Source: a virus
Taxonomy: Duplodnaviria > Caudoviricetes
Virus record (IMG/VR): IMGVR_UViG_3300037041_001930
Strand: one strand, 5' to 3'
Length of the DNA: 64,000 nucleotides
The position numbers and the translations under genes were made by a program. Below, in pieces: positions 64,000 through 64,000 of the stretch. Within the stretch, counting starts at the first letter, position 1, and the number at the start of each line of letters is the position of its first letter. The notes under the pieces were generated by a model. The model saw only the letters and a program-made list of their open reading frames with translations. It was not told the origin of the DNA and did not search any database.

Positions 64000-64000
64000 T

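Noticed and set aside
1-64000. tRNA/tmRNA genes, inteins, self-splicing introns, integrase, stop-codon reassignment
   Set aside because: No T-loop/CCA or intron/intein hallmarks seen; core enzymes are uninterrupted and full length under code 11

Overview
A 64-kb internal fragment of a large, GC-rich (~60% by eye) dsDNA tailed-phage genome. Almost every gene is on the minus strand, tightly packed, with frequent ATGA start/stop overlaps. The one supported plus-strand gene is a GpA-like terminase large subunit (57317-59161). The recognisable core is a near-complete replication/recombination/repair kit: dTMP kinase, RuvA, Pif1-type helicase, GHKL ATPase, two stand-alone 3'-5' exonucleases, RuvB plus a RusA-like resolvase, RecA-like recombinase, gp32-like SSB with a Pro/Ala repeat tail, family A DNA polymerase with an N-terminal UDG-like domain, primase, DnaB-like helicase, SF2 helicase, SbcC and SbcD (split by ~33 small ORFs) and a degenerate RNase H. 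The accessory regions hold a secreted ankyrin protein, a type IV pilin-like protein, a chimeric gene made by local duplication and many small hypotheticals. The most unusual signals are a degenerate rolling-circle-Rep-like gene followed by a ~236-nt hairpin whose mismatches are G-U compatible only on the transcribed strand, and a set of densely structured non-coding regions at 60-64 kb, including a ~315-nt candidate ncRNA. I saw no tRNA, rRNA, CRISPR array, integrase, intein or virion structural gene. All homology calls are by-eye motif recognition, not database searches.
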